DNA of 64,000 bases, taken from the NCBI GenBank assembly GCA_048939995.1, contig JBHLOY010000001.1, positions 288,001 through 352,000 of the forward strand, given 5' to 3'. This document shows positions 19,733 to 30,300 of this stretch, piece by piece. The number at the start of each line of letters is the position of its first letter. The stretch's first letter is position 1. The position numbers were made by a program, and so were the translations under genes. The notes under the pieces were generated by a model that saw nothing but the letters and a program-made list of their open reading frames with translations, had not been told where the DNA came from and made no database searches. Source of the stretch: Promethearchaeota archaeon. GTDB lineage: Archaea; Asgardarchaeota; Lokiarchaeia; Sigyniarchaeales; SOKP01.

Positions 19733-21331
19733 ATGAATTTAAAAATCTATATAAAGAAAAACAAAATGTTTAGCATCCTAACCTTACTTTTTATTACTTG
19801 GGTCATATTTCTGATAATTTTAGCCATCAGAAATCAAAAAGTGGTTATATTCTGGGAAAATATATCCAATACGGATGTTTCTTCCGATTATATGATTATA
19901 TTACCATTACTAAGATATATTTTAGAACCGATTGCACAATTGTCATTTACTTTAGAAATGGAATTCACTTGGATGTTTCTCTTTTTCATATCCTATCCTA
20001 TCCTTCGTATTCTTTATTTAGTATTAAGAAAGAAAGGGAGATTTCAATCTCAAAAGTATAAATTATTAGCAATTCCACTAACAGATATTTTAACATTCTC
20101 TTTTAAAATTTTAACAACCGCAATATTCATAATTGGGGTAATAATGCTATTTGGTTATTTAATTCAGGGATATTTTTTTGTTAGTAGATACTTTATGATA
20201 CCAGTTCAAATTGGAGTGCATTTATGTATTATCCTTATTGTTATTAAGACTTTTTATGTTTTACTTAAATTAATTCATCCTAAACTACAATTTCGTTACT
20301 CTAGAAAGAAGAGTGTTGGTAAAAAGAATATTAGATTAAGAAATGTTAAGAAAGAGGTTATATATTTAATTGGGATTGGCTCAATCCTTTTAGGGACCAA
20401 TATTGTACTCATTTCATTCCCATTTCCCACTCAAATAATATCAACTCCACTTGAAAATGATGAATTTCTCTTTGATTTTCATGTTCACACAATTTATTCT
20501 GATGGTTGGCTCACTCCTGAAGAGAGAGTGTTATGGTATATCCAGCAAGGAATTTCGGGAGCAGCGTTTTCAGATCATGATAATATCAGGGGCGCTTTAG
20601 CAGCTCAAAATTTTGTCGAAGAGAATGGACTTAACTTTTTAGTCTTAATGGCCGAAGAATGGACCGATAATGGTAATGATATTCATATGAACTATTATGG
20701 TATAGCAGAAGAATTGATGCCTCTTCAATATTATACTCCCGGAGGACCTTTAGCACTAAACATTACAGACACAATAAATTATGTGAAAAGTCAAGGAGGA
20801 TATATCGTAGTAAATCATTATAATTTTGACCCGAATCCCAATGGAGGGTACGGTGTTCCCTATAATTTGACTCAGTTACGCGATTGGGGTGTGGATGGCT
20901 TTGAAATTATTAATGGCGGTAGTTACGGGGGAAAGTATCAACAAGTAAGAGACTTTTGTATCCTAAATAATTTAACTTGTATTGGAGGTAGTGATATTCA
21001 TACCAATGAACCATTAAATACATTTGTTAAGATTAAACTAGCTGATCCTTCAAATTTAACAATCGCAAATATTTTCGAAACTTTGAAAAACAATACGAAT
21101 CATGAAGTTATCGCTATTGAGTTAAATCCAAAATTAGTTGATTTCTCTAATGACTTAAATGATTTTGGGTTCTATATATTTGAAGAGTTCATCAATTATT
21201 TTCTAAATATGAATACATATCAGAGTATTTCGTGGATATGTTGGTCTGGGAGTATATATCTAATAATATTCCTCCTTTATAGAAAAATTAAAAAAGTAGA
21301 TTTAAGCCTATTACAACGGAAAATTAACTAA
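19733..21331 (+). CDS. Multi-pass membrane protein with PHP metal-dependent phosphoesterase domain
   Basis: ~5 N-terminal TMs; DFHVHT.YSDG, SDHD, EEW, H, VNH, GSDIH; C-terminal TM. Confidence 0.85.
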   Translation: MNLKIYIKKNKMFSILTLLFITWVIFLIILAIRNQKVVIFWENISNTDVSSDYMIILPLLRYILEPIAQLSFTLEMEFTWMFLFFISYPILRILYLVLRKKGRFQSQKYKLLAIPLTDILTFSFKILTTAIFIIGVIMLFGYLIQGYFFVSRYFMIPVQIGVHLCIILIVIKTFYVLLKLIHPKLQFRYSRKKSVGKKNIRLRNVKKEVIYLIGIGSILLGTNIVLISFPFPTQIISTPLENDEFLFDFHVHTIYSDGWLTPEERVLWYIQQGISGAAFSDHDNIRGALAAQNFVEENGLNFLVLMAEEWTDNGNDIHMNYYGIAEELMPLQYYTPGGPLALNITDTINYVKSQGGYIVVNHYNFDPNPNGGYGVPYNLTQLRDWGVDGFEIINGGSYGGKYQQVRDFCILNNLTCIGGSDIHTNEPLNTFVKIKLADPSNLTIANIFETLKNNTNHEVIAIELNPKLVDFSNDLNDFGFYIFEEFINYFLNMNTYQSISWICWSGSIYLIIFLLYRKIKKVDLSLLQRKIN

Positions 21332-21353
21332 AAACTATTTTACAACTTTTATT

Positions 21354-21809
21354 TTAAATGTAATAAAAAGATTTGTCATCATCGTATCTATCCTTTTCAT
21401 CATCTTTATCTTCGTCATCATCATTCAGAAATTTTTTTGAAAGAAATTTCAAAATCTCTTCTGGATCCATATCGGGATCAAAATCTTTAAGATCATTTAG
21501 ATTGATAGGGATAATCCCTCCATTCTTAAATGGAATAGCTTTCGCTTTAATTTCTCTTTCTATTTTTTCTTGTCTTCTAGCATTTAACGTTAATTCTTTT
21601 TTCATAAGCTCTCTTAATTGATCCGCGACTAGTTCATCCAATTCTTCTGGTGTTAAGTTCAGAAGCATTTCTACTCCATATAGTTTAGTAAGCTTTTTTA
21701 AAGCTTTTTCTTTCTTTGATTCTGGTATTTGTTTAATTGATTTTAAACCTAGAATTGTTATAATATTTAACCAATCTAATTGATGAGTCCAAGTTTCTTC
21801 TTCTGACAT
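21354..21809 (-). CDS. Hypothetical charged protein with acidic C-terminus
   Basis: 151-aa ORF with typical composition. Confidence 0.7.
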   Translation of the reverse strand: MSEEETWTHQLDWLNIITILGLKSIKQIPESKKEKALKKLTKLYGVEMLLNLTPEELDELVADQLRELMKKELTLNARRQEKIEREIKAKAIPFKNGGIIPINLNDLKDFDPDMDPEEILKFLSKKFLNDDDEDKDDEKDRYDDDKSFYYI

Positions 21810-21974
21810 TTTTTCATAAAAAATTAGTTTTCAAATTTTAAAATTTTGGATACTTGTTAAATGTTTATCTTTTTGTTTATAAAGACAGTTTATTGATATA
21901 AATTTATGGTTTGTAATCTATTAAAGTTTTACATACTTTGATTTCAATGTTTAAAAGAAAGATTTTAATAGATT

Positions 21975-22826
21975 TTAGTTTTTAAAAAACATTTTAAAAT
22001 TTGAGATTATAATTTCTGGTTGATCATGAATAACCCAATGAGATGAATTTTCTACTCGAATAATTTTTAAATCTTCTACATATTCCGATAATCCATCCAG
22101 ATTTTGGGGTAAAACTGCAGTATCTTGCATTCCATGAATCACTAGTGTGGGGACTTTTATAATGCCTGTCCATTTATCGAAATTAAAATTTGCTCTATAA
22201 TAATTTACACCACTTATTATTGCATTCGGTTGAGACCACGCTTCTATATATTTTTCTTTGGTAAATTCATCAAAAGCACTTTTATTCTTTGCAGCTCTAA
22301 AAACTGCTGCTTTTAACGCCTTAAAATTATCGACAATTACAAATTTCTCTCCTTGGGGTTTTTGAAACTCAAAAATGTAAAAACTAGCTTTTTGCTGTTG
22401 CTTATCAGTTCTTAACTTATGTTGAAATATCTTAGGGTGAGGTCCATTCAAAATAGCTAACTTTTTAACCTTTTCAGGGTACTTTTCTGCGAAAACCCAA
22501 GCAACAACAGCTCCCCAATCATGAGCTCCTAAGTAAATTTGCTTCAAATTAAGTTCATCAATTAAGCCTTTTAGATCTTCTATTAAAATCTCAATTAGAT
22601 AATTTTCCTTTCCTTGAGGCTTATCTGATAAATTATAACCTCTCATATCAGGGATTATTAATCTGTAGGATTTTTTAAGTTCCGGAATGATTGGAGCCCA
22701 TCCAAACCAAAAATCAGGAAAACCGTGAAGTAAAACCAAAGGTTCACCAGACCCAATAATCACGGTATGCAACTTAACTCCATTGGTTGTGATGAATTTG
22801 GTTTCAATTTCATTTATCCAGTCCAT
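21975..22826 (-). CDS. Epoxide hydrolase-like alpha/beta hydrolase
   Basis: LLHGFP, DMRGYNLSDKP, HDWG, NYYRA, SHW. Confidence 0.92.
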   Translation of the reverse strand: MDWINEIETKFITTNGVKLHTVIIGSGEPLVLLHGFPDFWFGWAPIIPELKKSYRLIIPDMRGYNLSDKPQGKENYLIEILIEDLKGLIDELNLKQIYLGAHDWGAVVAWVFAEKYPEKVKKLAILNGPHPKIFQHKLRTDKQQQKASFYIFEFQKPQGEKFVIVDNFKALKAAVFRAAKNKSAFDEFTKEKYIEAWSQPNAIISGVNYYRANFNFDKWTGIIKVPTLVIHGMQDTAVLPQNLDGLSEYVEDLKIIRVENSSHWVIHDQPEIIISNFKMFFKN

Positions 22827-23069
22827 TTTTTATCACCGATAGTTAATTTTATTGAATCTTCCTTTTATCTAAAAATTATCTGGCTATAATTCAAAAGTTA
22901 TAGGAAAAAGGATAAATTTTCCTAAAATATAGACTTTCTAGGAAGAAAAACACATAGTATTAACCAAGGAATAATCTATTTGATGATAATAAATAATGAT
23001 TTTGAATAATTTAGTTTAAATAGGGAAAAGAAACAGTAAAATAATTTCAACAAAAAAAATTATACATAC

Positions 23070-23279
23070 CTATTCAAAATAATTTCTGAATGATTCCTCA
23101 AAATCATCAACAGATTCACTATTCAGTTCAGCAAATTTATAACGACCATGTGGTAGTTTTTCCTTTTTATTAAAGTGTTTCTTAAGAGAACTCTCAAAAT
23201 CACTTGCACTCATACTTTTTTGTTCAGCAAATTTGATTTCACCAAAATGTTTCAGATATTCAGGATCTGGTTCACTCAT
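23070..23279 (-). CDS. Small hypothetical protein with internal duplication
   Basis: Two KFAE..S.S..DFE.S....F repeats; GTGA RBS. Confidence 0.7.
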   Translation of the reverse strand: MSEPDPEYLKHFGEIKFAEQKSMSASDFESSLKKHFNKKEKLPHGRYKFAELNSESVDDFEESFRNYFE

Positions 23280-23738
23280 TTTTTTATCACTATATAGTTT
23301 TGTTCAAATGTTTGTTTAATCAAATAAATGTTAACATAAATAAATCCAATTCAACTATTTAAATATTTTCATACAAATAAACCTATGAAAAAATTTTATT
23401 CGGAAAAGATTCCCACTTGTCTTACATTGAACTTTTTAGGAATCTTGTTAGGTTTTTTAATTTTTGATAAAATCACTTTCCCTTCTCCAATGATAAGATC
23501 AATTTCGACAAAAATCTTTGGTTTATCATGATAAATTCATTTCGAATTTGGAAGATTTTACAGATTTTGATAGCAAAAAATTTTATACTTTAGCAAAATC
23601 TATTATCCATTTCTGTTAATTTATTGACAAAATTAATAATCGATAGGATAGCCCAAAAATCATAAATATCAGAGAATAAATTTATTATAGAAAAATTTAC
23701 AATTTTAAGTATTTTTATAAAAAAAATTTGCCAGGAAT

Positions 23739-24695
23739 ATGAATAGGAAAATAGAAAATAAGATATTTTTAAATTATTTATTGCAGTCTCTAAACTTAGA
23801 TGAGTTAAAACAAATTTGTCGAGATTACAAGATAAAAGGTTTTTCAAAATGGAAAAAAACTGAATTAGTTGAGAATCTATTAAGCTTTTTATCCGATGAA
23901 GAAATAGAATCCATTATAAAAGAAAAAGAAACGGAAATTGTATCAAATTCGATAAAAGATGCAATAAAAATGATTAAAGGTGAGGGCAGAGAAAAATTAA
24001 GGGAAATTAGAATAGTAAATGAAGAAGAGCATGTAGTTGAATTAGATTTTAAGGGCTTTAACTGGGAGACTTCTTCTTATCTGGCTATTAATCCTCAGAA
24101 TATTAATAACCCTGAAAGAGATTGTGATTGTCGCATTGGGAGTAACATGGGACTGTGTAGTCATTTTTGGGTAGGTTTTATTTTATCTCTAAAACATAAT
24201 TATTTTGCTTTATCAGATTGGAATCTAACTTTATTGCCAAGTAACTTTAAAGAAATGATAGAATCAATAGAAATTTCAACGTTATCAACACAAAAAGGTA
24301 AAGATCAAACTGTAACATTAATAGATTCTGAATCAGATCGTGTGGAATATATGAAGCATTTGGATAAAAGTATTACAATTTATGAAGGAGAGATCTCAAA
24401 GATCGATAAGAAAGTACAACAATTCCAAGATATTGAAACTATATATTATTTGGTCTCCTTAACCAATGTTAGATTTGGTCCAAGAGTCAAGAGAAAAAGT
24501 GATTTTAAAGAAGAAGATATTGAAAATTTAGATGAGTTATATATTCGCTTAAGCGAAAAATTATATGAAGAAAGTCACTTGAATATTGGGGGCAAAATAA
24601 CAGTAAATGGAAAATTAACGAGGGATGACTTCCTTAGGCTGTATATATTGAAAAACATCAGAAAAATTACGAAAATTAATCCCCAAAAAGATTAA
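23739..24695 (+). CDS. SAP/Rho-N-like + SWIM zinc finger + OB-fold-like protein
   Basis: LDELKQICRDYKIKGFSKWKKTELVE; CDC-x8-CSH; C-terminal beta-barrel pattern (ITVNGKL). Confidence 0.7.
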   Translation: MNRKIENKIFLNYLLQSLNLDELKQICRDYKIKGFSKWKKTELVENLLSFLSDEEIESIIKEKETEIVSNSIKDAIKMIKGEGREKLREIRIVNEEEHVVELDFKGFNWETSSYLAINPQNINNPERDCDCRIGSNMGLCSHFWVGFILSLKHNYFALSDWNLTLLPSNFKEMIESIEISTLSTQKGKDQTVTLIDSESDRVEYMKHLDKSITIYEGEISKIDKKVQQFQDIETIYYLVSLTNVRFGPRVKRKSDFKEEDIENLDELYIRLSEKLYEESHLNIGGKITVNGKLTRDDFLRLYILKNIRKITKINPQKD

Positions 24696-24758
24696 TAATC
24701 TCTGACTAATATATACTAAAGATTCGATAATAATTTTACTAATTTTGTTGTAGGATAT

Positions 24759-26138
24759 ATGAATAATGTAAAATCTGGTTTTATTGATGATTTCAATATG
24801 ATTTTATCAACGGATTTCTATCAATTAACGATGAGTGCGGCTTATTATCAGTATAATCTTGAAAATAAAATTAATGAGAATGATGAAAATGCCACTTTTG
24901 AATTATTTATACGACACTATCCTAAGAATCGAAATTATTTTGTTTTTGCTGGCTTAGAACAAGTAATTCACTATTTATCAAATGCAAGATTTATAGAACG
25001 CACGATAAACTTTTTGAAAGAAAAAGATGTGTTTAAAAATATCGATTCAAGTTTTTTCAGTGATTATCTACCCAATTTTAGATTTAAACTTAATGTATGG
25101 GCATTAAGAGAAGGCCAGTTTTTCTTCCCAAATGAACCAATTGTTCGTGTTCAAGGCCCAATTATTCATACTCAATTAGCTGAGACATATTTATTGAATG
25201 TCATCAATTATCAAACATTAGTTGCTTCCAAAGCATCGAGAATAAGAAATATTGCCCCTAATAAAATTCTCCTTGAATTTGGGACCAGAAGATCCCATAG
25301 CCCACTAGCTGGAGTCTATGCTGCTAGAGCAAGCTATATTGCTGGTTTCAATGGTACTAGCAATGTAATCGCAGATCTAGAATTAGGAATTCATTCTACT
25401 GGAACAATGGCTCATAGTTTCGTTCAGAGGTTTGATAACGAGAACGAAAGTTTTAATTTATATTGCAAACTCTATGAAAAAGACTCAATCTTGTTAATTG
25501 ATACGTATGATACTGAAAAAGGAGCAGAACAATCAGTTAAATATGGAAATATTATAAGGGGAGTTAGAATAGATTCTGGTGATCTTATTGACCATTCTAG
25601 AAAAGTTAGGAAAATTTTAGATATTCATGGTTATAATGATGTTATAATAGTAGCAAGTTCAGATTTAAATGAATATAAAATTAAAGAAATTATTGAAAAA
25701 GATGCACCTATTGATGCTTTTGGAGTAGGCACTGAATTAGCAACTTCTAGTGATGACCCAACAATCTCAGGAGTATATAAATTAATTGAGTATGATGGAA
25801 AACCAAGAATTAAAATTAGTGAAGAAAAGCTCACTTATCCAGGAATTAAACAAATTTTTAGGTTTTATGACGAAGAAGGAATGTTTAGACAAGATGTCTT
25901 AGCTTTAGAAACAGAAAAATTTTCTTCTGATTCAGAGCCATTATTAGTCCCAATTATGGAAAAAGGGGAAATAGTTTGTAAACTCCCCTTTTTAGATGAA
26001 ATTCGTCAATATTACTTAAAAAATATTGAAAAATTACCAACTAAATATAAAGAACTTAATGAAAATCATGTTTTTGAATTAAAAATCTCTGATGAACTAA
26101 AAACATTGACAAATTCATTAAAAGCAAAATATAAGTAA
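24759..26138 (+). CDS. pncB: Nicotinate phosphoribosyltransferase
   Basis: TDFYQLTM, EFGTRR, GTMAHSFV, LIDTYD, RIDSGD. Confidence 0.95.
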   Translation: MNNVKSGFIDDFNMILSTDFYQLTMSAAYYQYNLENKINENDENATFELFIRHYPKNRNYFVFAGLEQVIHYLSNARFIERTINFLKEKDVFKNIDSSFFSDYLPNFRFKLNVWALREGQFFFPNEPIVRVQGPIIHTQLAETYLLNVINYQTLVASKASRIRNIAPNKILLEFGTRRSHSPLAGVYAARASYIAGFNGTSNVIADLELGIHSTGTMAHSFVQRFDNENESFNLYCKLYEKDSILLIDTYDTEKGAEQSVKYGNIIRGVRIDSGDLIDHSRKVRKILDIHGYNDVIIVASSDLNEYKIKEIIEKDAPIDAFGVGTELATSSDDPTISGVYKLIEYDGKPRIKISEEKLTYPGIKQIFRFYDEEGMFRQDVLALETEKFSSDSEPLLVPIMEKGEIVCKLPFLDEIRQYYLKNIEKLPTKYKELNENHVFELKISDELKTLTNSLKAKYK

Positions 26139-26183
26139 TATTAGGGTAATTGAATAATTAACAAAATTCAATATTAAAACTTT

Positions 26184-26486
26184 TTGAGGTTAGAAAATTT
26201 GACCGAAAATCCAAAATTGGGTTACAGAATCATCGGTACTATAAAAAGTGTTAAAGGCACTTGTTCAGCGGGCCATAAGCCAGGAGATAGTATAGAACTC
26301 AGTGGATATGATTCTGGAGGATTGTGTGGATTTTTTTACCACGATATCTTCCCTTATATTATAATGTTGCAGTTTGGAGGAGCTTTCCCAGCAGACTGGG
26401 AGGGAAATCCTGATATAATCGAGCTTGGATGCATTGACAAAATAAATACGGTTACAATAGAATTGAGAAGAATAATAGAAGATTAA
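26184..26486 (+). CDS. TIGR04076-family small Cys protein
   Basis: VKGTCSAGHKPGD, LC..FYH.IFP, C.D; true start may be TTG at 26199. Confidence 0.75.
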   Translation: MRLENLTENPKLGYRIIGTIKSVKGTCSAGHKPGDSIELSGYDSGGLCGFFYHDIFPYIIMLQFGGAFPADWEGNPDIIELGCIDKINTVTIELRRIIED

Positions 26487-26632
26487 TTTTTTTTTTTTTG
26501 AATACTAATTTAAAAAATATTTATGTATTAATATTTTATTTGAGTCAAATTTTTATTTCTTCTTTCTGGATGATATCTAATATACGACATAATATTTTTG
26601 TATAAATAAGACTTAAGGAGTGAGGTAACCAT

Positions 26633-26806
26633 ATGGAGAATGAATCAAATTTACCTCCAAATCTGCATATTCTTTCTTGTCCTTTCTTAAATAGTTGTAG
26701 CCTCCCAAAATCTCAAAATGTATGTAATTTTCCTGAATATAAAATATGTCCAGATTATCAATCTAAATTAAATAATTTAAAACATGCTTCAAAAGTATTA
26801 CATTAA
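26633..26806 (+). CDS. Unannotated 57-aa four-Cys protein
   Basis: MENESNLPPNLHILSCPFLNSCSLPKSQNVCNFPEYKICPDYQSKLNNLKHASKVLH; strong RBS AAGGAGTGAGGT. Confidence 0.65.
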   Translation: MENESNLPPNLHILSCPFLNSCSLPKSQNVCNFPEYKICPDYQSKLNNLKHASKVLH

Positions 26807-26915
26807 TTAAGTTTTCTCTATCTCTTTCACTTTTGATTTTAGTTTAATTAAATAACAATTTATAATTCAAGTAATATTTCTAGATCTTGATTTTTAGTTA
26901 GGAAATGAATCATAG

Positions 26916-28385
26916 GTGTTAAAATTGCAAGCAAATAATATTGTTGATACCTTCCTTAACCCTAAGTCTGTGGCAGTAATTGGGGCTTCGAAAAATCCAT
27001 TAAAAGGAGGACATCGTATTTTAAAAAATCTTGTTGATAATAATTTCAATGGAAAGCTTTTTCCAGTCAATATTAATTCGACCGGTAAGGTTTTAAATTT
27101 AGAATTTAAGAAGTCTGTTCTTGATATAGAAGATGATTTAGATATTGCTATTTTTTATGTACCAAATCAATCTATTCCGAAATTATTGGAAGAATGCATA
27201 CAAAAAGGTGTAAAAGGAGCAATCATTGAAGCCTCTGGATTTGAAGAGGTTGGAGAAAAAGGAATTGAATTAAGTGAACGGATTATTGATATAACTGCTA
27301 ACTTTTCTAAGATAAGAGTTGTTGGACCTAATTGTATGGGTCTAACAAGAATCGATGAGGACAGTGACAGCGAAAGAAAAAGTGGTCTCTTTACCTCTTT
27401 TTTAGTATTTAATGAATATAAAAGAGGAAATATCGCTGTAATAAGTCAATCTGGTATGCTTAACGGAGGATATTTCACTCACATTGTGACTAAATATCCA
27501 TATATGGGCTTCAGATATATTTGTACCATCGGAAACAAAATGGATTTAAATGAAATAGATTTTTTGGATTACTTCTTAGAAGATCCTGAAATTAATGTTA
27601 TTGCTTTATATCTGGAATCATTTAAAAATTCAAGAAAATTTATTAATTTATGCCAAAAAGCTGAAGGTATACAAAACAAAACTATAATCCTAACTAAAGG
27701 AGGAATAACATCTCAAGGTCAAAAATCAACCTTAAGCCATACAGCCTCGCTGTCAGAAAACTCTAAACTAATTCAAGCTACAATAAAACAATCAGGTATA
27801 ATTCAAGCTCGAACCTTTTACGACTTATTTGAATTTGCCAGAACTTTTTCATGGATGTATAATACTAAGAAGAATTTCCCTAAGAAAGGCGGAATAGCGC
27901 AAATCTTTGGGTCAGGAGGAGCAGGTACTATTTCGGCAGATCTTACAATGCAATATGGTTTAAAACTCCCCTTCCTTAAAGAAAAAACATATTCAGTGCT
28001 TCTCGACTTATTTCCAAAATGGATGCCTCCTAATAAGTTTGCATTTGTAGATATTTGGCCGGCAATGGAAAAGGCAATGACAAATGGGATTAATCCTGGT
28101 GATGTTGTAAGAAAGGTCTACAACGCTTTGTTAGAAGAACCTGAAATAGAAGGTATTTTTAACATGCTCTTTTGCTCTAAACAATTTAGAGTAGTGAATG
28201 ATGTAAATTACTTGATTGATATTATTAATACATACCCTAAACCTGTTTTTCTCTTCTTGGTCGGAGATTATAATGAAGTCCGCTTAATTTCTCAACAATT
28301 AAGCGAGCATAACATACCCAGCTTCTCAAACTTAGAGGATATGGTAAAGAATTTTAGCATTTTACTTAAAAAAAAAGAAAGTTAA
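26916..28385 (+). CDS. Acyl-CoA synthetase (NDP-forming) alpha-subunit-like, CoA-binding protein
   Basis: PKSVAVIGAS, GPNCMG, ISQSG, IGNKMD, SHTASL, GSGGAG. Confidence 0.88.
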   Translation: MLKLQANNIVDTFLNPKSVAVIGASKNPLKGGHRILKNLVDNNFNGKLFPVNINSTGKVLNLEFKKSVLDIEDDLDIAIFYVPNQSIPKLLEECIQKGVKGAIIEASGFEEVGEKGIELSERIIDITANFSKIRVVGPNCMGLTRIDEDSDSERKSGLFTSFLVFNEYKRGNIAVISQSGMLNGGYFTHIVTKYPYMGFRYICTIGNKMDLNEIDFLDYFLEDPEINVIALYLESFKNSRKFINLCQKAEGIQNKTIILTKGGITSQGQKSTLSHTASLSENSKLIQATIKQSGIIQARTFYDLFEFARTFSWMYNTKKNFPKKGGIAQIFGSGGAGTISADLTMQYGLKLPFLKEKTYSVLLDLFPKWMPPNKFAFVDIWPAMEKAMTNGINPGDVVRKVYNALLEEPEIEGIFNMLFCSKQFRVVNDVNYLIDIINTYPKPVFLFLVGDYNEVRLISQQLSEHNIPSFSNLEDMVKNFSILLKKKES

Positions 28386-28536
28386 AAGAGATGAATAATA
28401 CTATTAAGAGTATGAACTATTGATAATATTAAATATAGTAAAAGTAGTAAAATGTTTAAATAATTTGAAAACTACATCTTTTTAATTACTTAACTAGTTA
28501 TTTGAATAAAACATTAAAAAAAGGAGTAAAAATAGT

Positions 28537-30300
28537 ATGTATCATTTAGACGATACAGATGTCTTAGACGCTAAATACTACAGAAAGACTTTCAGTATAT
28601 GTCCTGAATGCTTAGAACGTATCCCCGCTGAAGTATACGAAGATGACAATGAAGAGATATGGATGAAGAAAAATTGCCCCGAACATGGAGATTTTAAAGA
28701 CAAGATCAGTTCATCTGCTAAATATTATAAGTGGACACACCATGCAATGAAAGATAAAGATGGAAAGATTGTATGGCAATTTGATAAGGATGGAGAAGCT
28801 AATCCTGCTGATTGTGCTCCAGAAGATCCACGAGGTTGTCCTTATAATTGTGGACTCTGTCCCGAACATTTATCTACTTGTTCCTTAGCTCTAATAGACT
28901 TAACTAATCGCTGTAATTTTTCTTGTAATTTTTGCTACGCGAATGTTGAGAAAGCTGGCTATTTAATTGAGCCAACATTAGAAGAAATCGGACGAATTAT
29001 GGATCACTTTAGAAATAAGCCTATTCCTGCCGTTGCTATCATGTTTACGGGAGGAGAACCAACAGTCAGAAAGGATTTTCCTGAAATTTGTAAGATGGCA
29101 AAGGATAAGGGATTTAAAGAGGTCATTGTAGCTACAAACGGATATGGATTCCAACGTAAGAAAGGTGGACTAGAATTTACTAAAAAATGTTGGGAATTGG
29201 GGTTAGATACCTTATATTTCCAATTTGATGGAATTAATGATATTACTTATGAAAAAACTCGGGGTATTAAAAATCTTATGGCATATAAGCAAAGAGTCAT
29301 TGATAACTGTCGAGAGGTAGGTCTTAGTTCCGTTGTTTTAGTTGCTACAATTGCTAAGGGTGTCACTGATATTGAAATTGGAAACATTATCCAATATGCG
29401 ATCGATAATATTGATGTTGTACGAGGTATTACTTTTCAACCAGTTTCACTCTGTGGAAGAATTACAGCAGAAGAGATGGACAATCTCCGAATAACAAATG
29501 CAGATGTTCTAAAAGCAATTGAGGAACAAACTGGTGGAAAACTCAGCATGGATAATGCATGGTACCCACTAACAACCATTGTAGAATTCGGCAGACTTGT
29601 CGCATATTTAGCTGATGTAGAAGCTATAGAGTTTACCTGCCACCCAGATTGCGGTTTTGCAAGCTATCTAGTTGTCGATCCTGAGACGAACGAGATGGTC
29701 CCCATCATGGATTACTTCGATCCATTGAAAGTAATTGATTTTGCAAATAGATTCTGGGAAAAAGTAAAACATAAAGAAAAAGAGCAGATCAAATTCTTTG
29801 AAAACTTTCTTGGTGATTTTGGGAAGACCTTAGATAAAGGGCTCAACTTTTTGGATAAACAGCAGCTTCGGGCAAGGTTTTTACTAGGTGTATTGCAATA
29901 TATGAAGAAGCCGGGAAAACTTATGGAAATGTTTGGTAGACTAATAATGAACGGAGATTGGGAGAGTATTAGCTCATTCAGTCATGGAACACTTTTACTA
30001 TCAAGTATGCACTTCCAAGATGCATATAATATGGATCTTGAAAGAACTAAAAGATGTATTGTGCATTTTGGAGTAGCTATGCCCGATGGAACAGTAAATG
30101 AAATTTCATTCTGCACTATGAATACAATACATCGCCCTATTATAGAAAAGCAAGTTGCTAAAAAGGTTACCCAAAAAGTTAGAGACGAATTTGATACCTC
30201 AGTTGGTCAAGCTAGAGAAGACCTTGAACAGAAAATAGAGCCTGAGGTCGCTCAAAATGGTGGTATTGATATAAATGAACTAGAAGAGGAGGATGAATAG
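28537..30300 (+). CDS. tes: Tetraether lipid synthase Tes / GDGT-MAS (radical SAM)
   Basis: CPEC...CPEHG, GCPYNCGLCPEH, CNFSCNFC, CHPDCG, FQDAYNMD..R..RC.VH, FCTMN. Confidence 0.88.
   Translation: MYHLDDTDVLDAKYYRKTFSICPECLERIPAEVYEDDNEEIWMKKNCPEHGDFKDKISSSAKYYKWTHHAMKDKDGKIVWQFDKDGEANPADCAPEDPRGCPYNCGLCPEHLSTCSLALIDLTNRCNFSCNFCYANVEKAGYLIEPTLEEIGRIMDHFRNKPIPAVAIMFTGGEPTVRKDFPEICKMAKDKGFKEVIVATNGYGFQRKKGGLEFTKKCWELGLDTLYFQFDGINDITYEKTRGIKNLMAYKQRVIDNCREVGLSSVVLVATIAKGVTDIEIGNIIQYAIDNIDVVRGITFQPVSLCGRITAEEMDNLRITNADVLKAIEEQTGGKLSMDNAWYPLTTIVEFGRLVAYLADVEAIEFTCHPDCGFASYLVVDPETNEMVPIMDYFDPLKVIDFANRFWEKVKHKEKEQIKFFENFLGDFGKTLDKGLNFLDKQQLRARFLLGVLQYMKKPGKLMEMFGRLIMNGDWESISSFSHGTLLLSSMHFQDAYNMDLERTKRCIVHFGVAMPDGTVNEISFCTMNTIHRPIIEKQVAKKVTQKVRDEFDTSVGQAREDLEQKIEPEVAQNGGIDINELEEEDE

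Noticed and set aside
23397-23537. Short minus-strand open frame (IYHDKPKIFVEIDLIIGEGKV...)
   Set aside because: No standard start, RBS or recognisable motif; could be a gene remnant but unsupported
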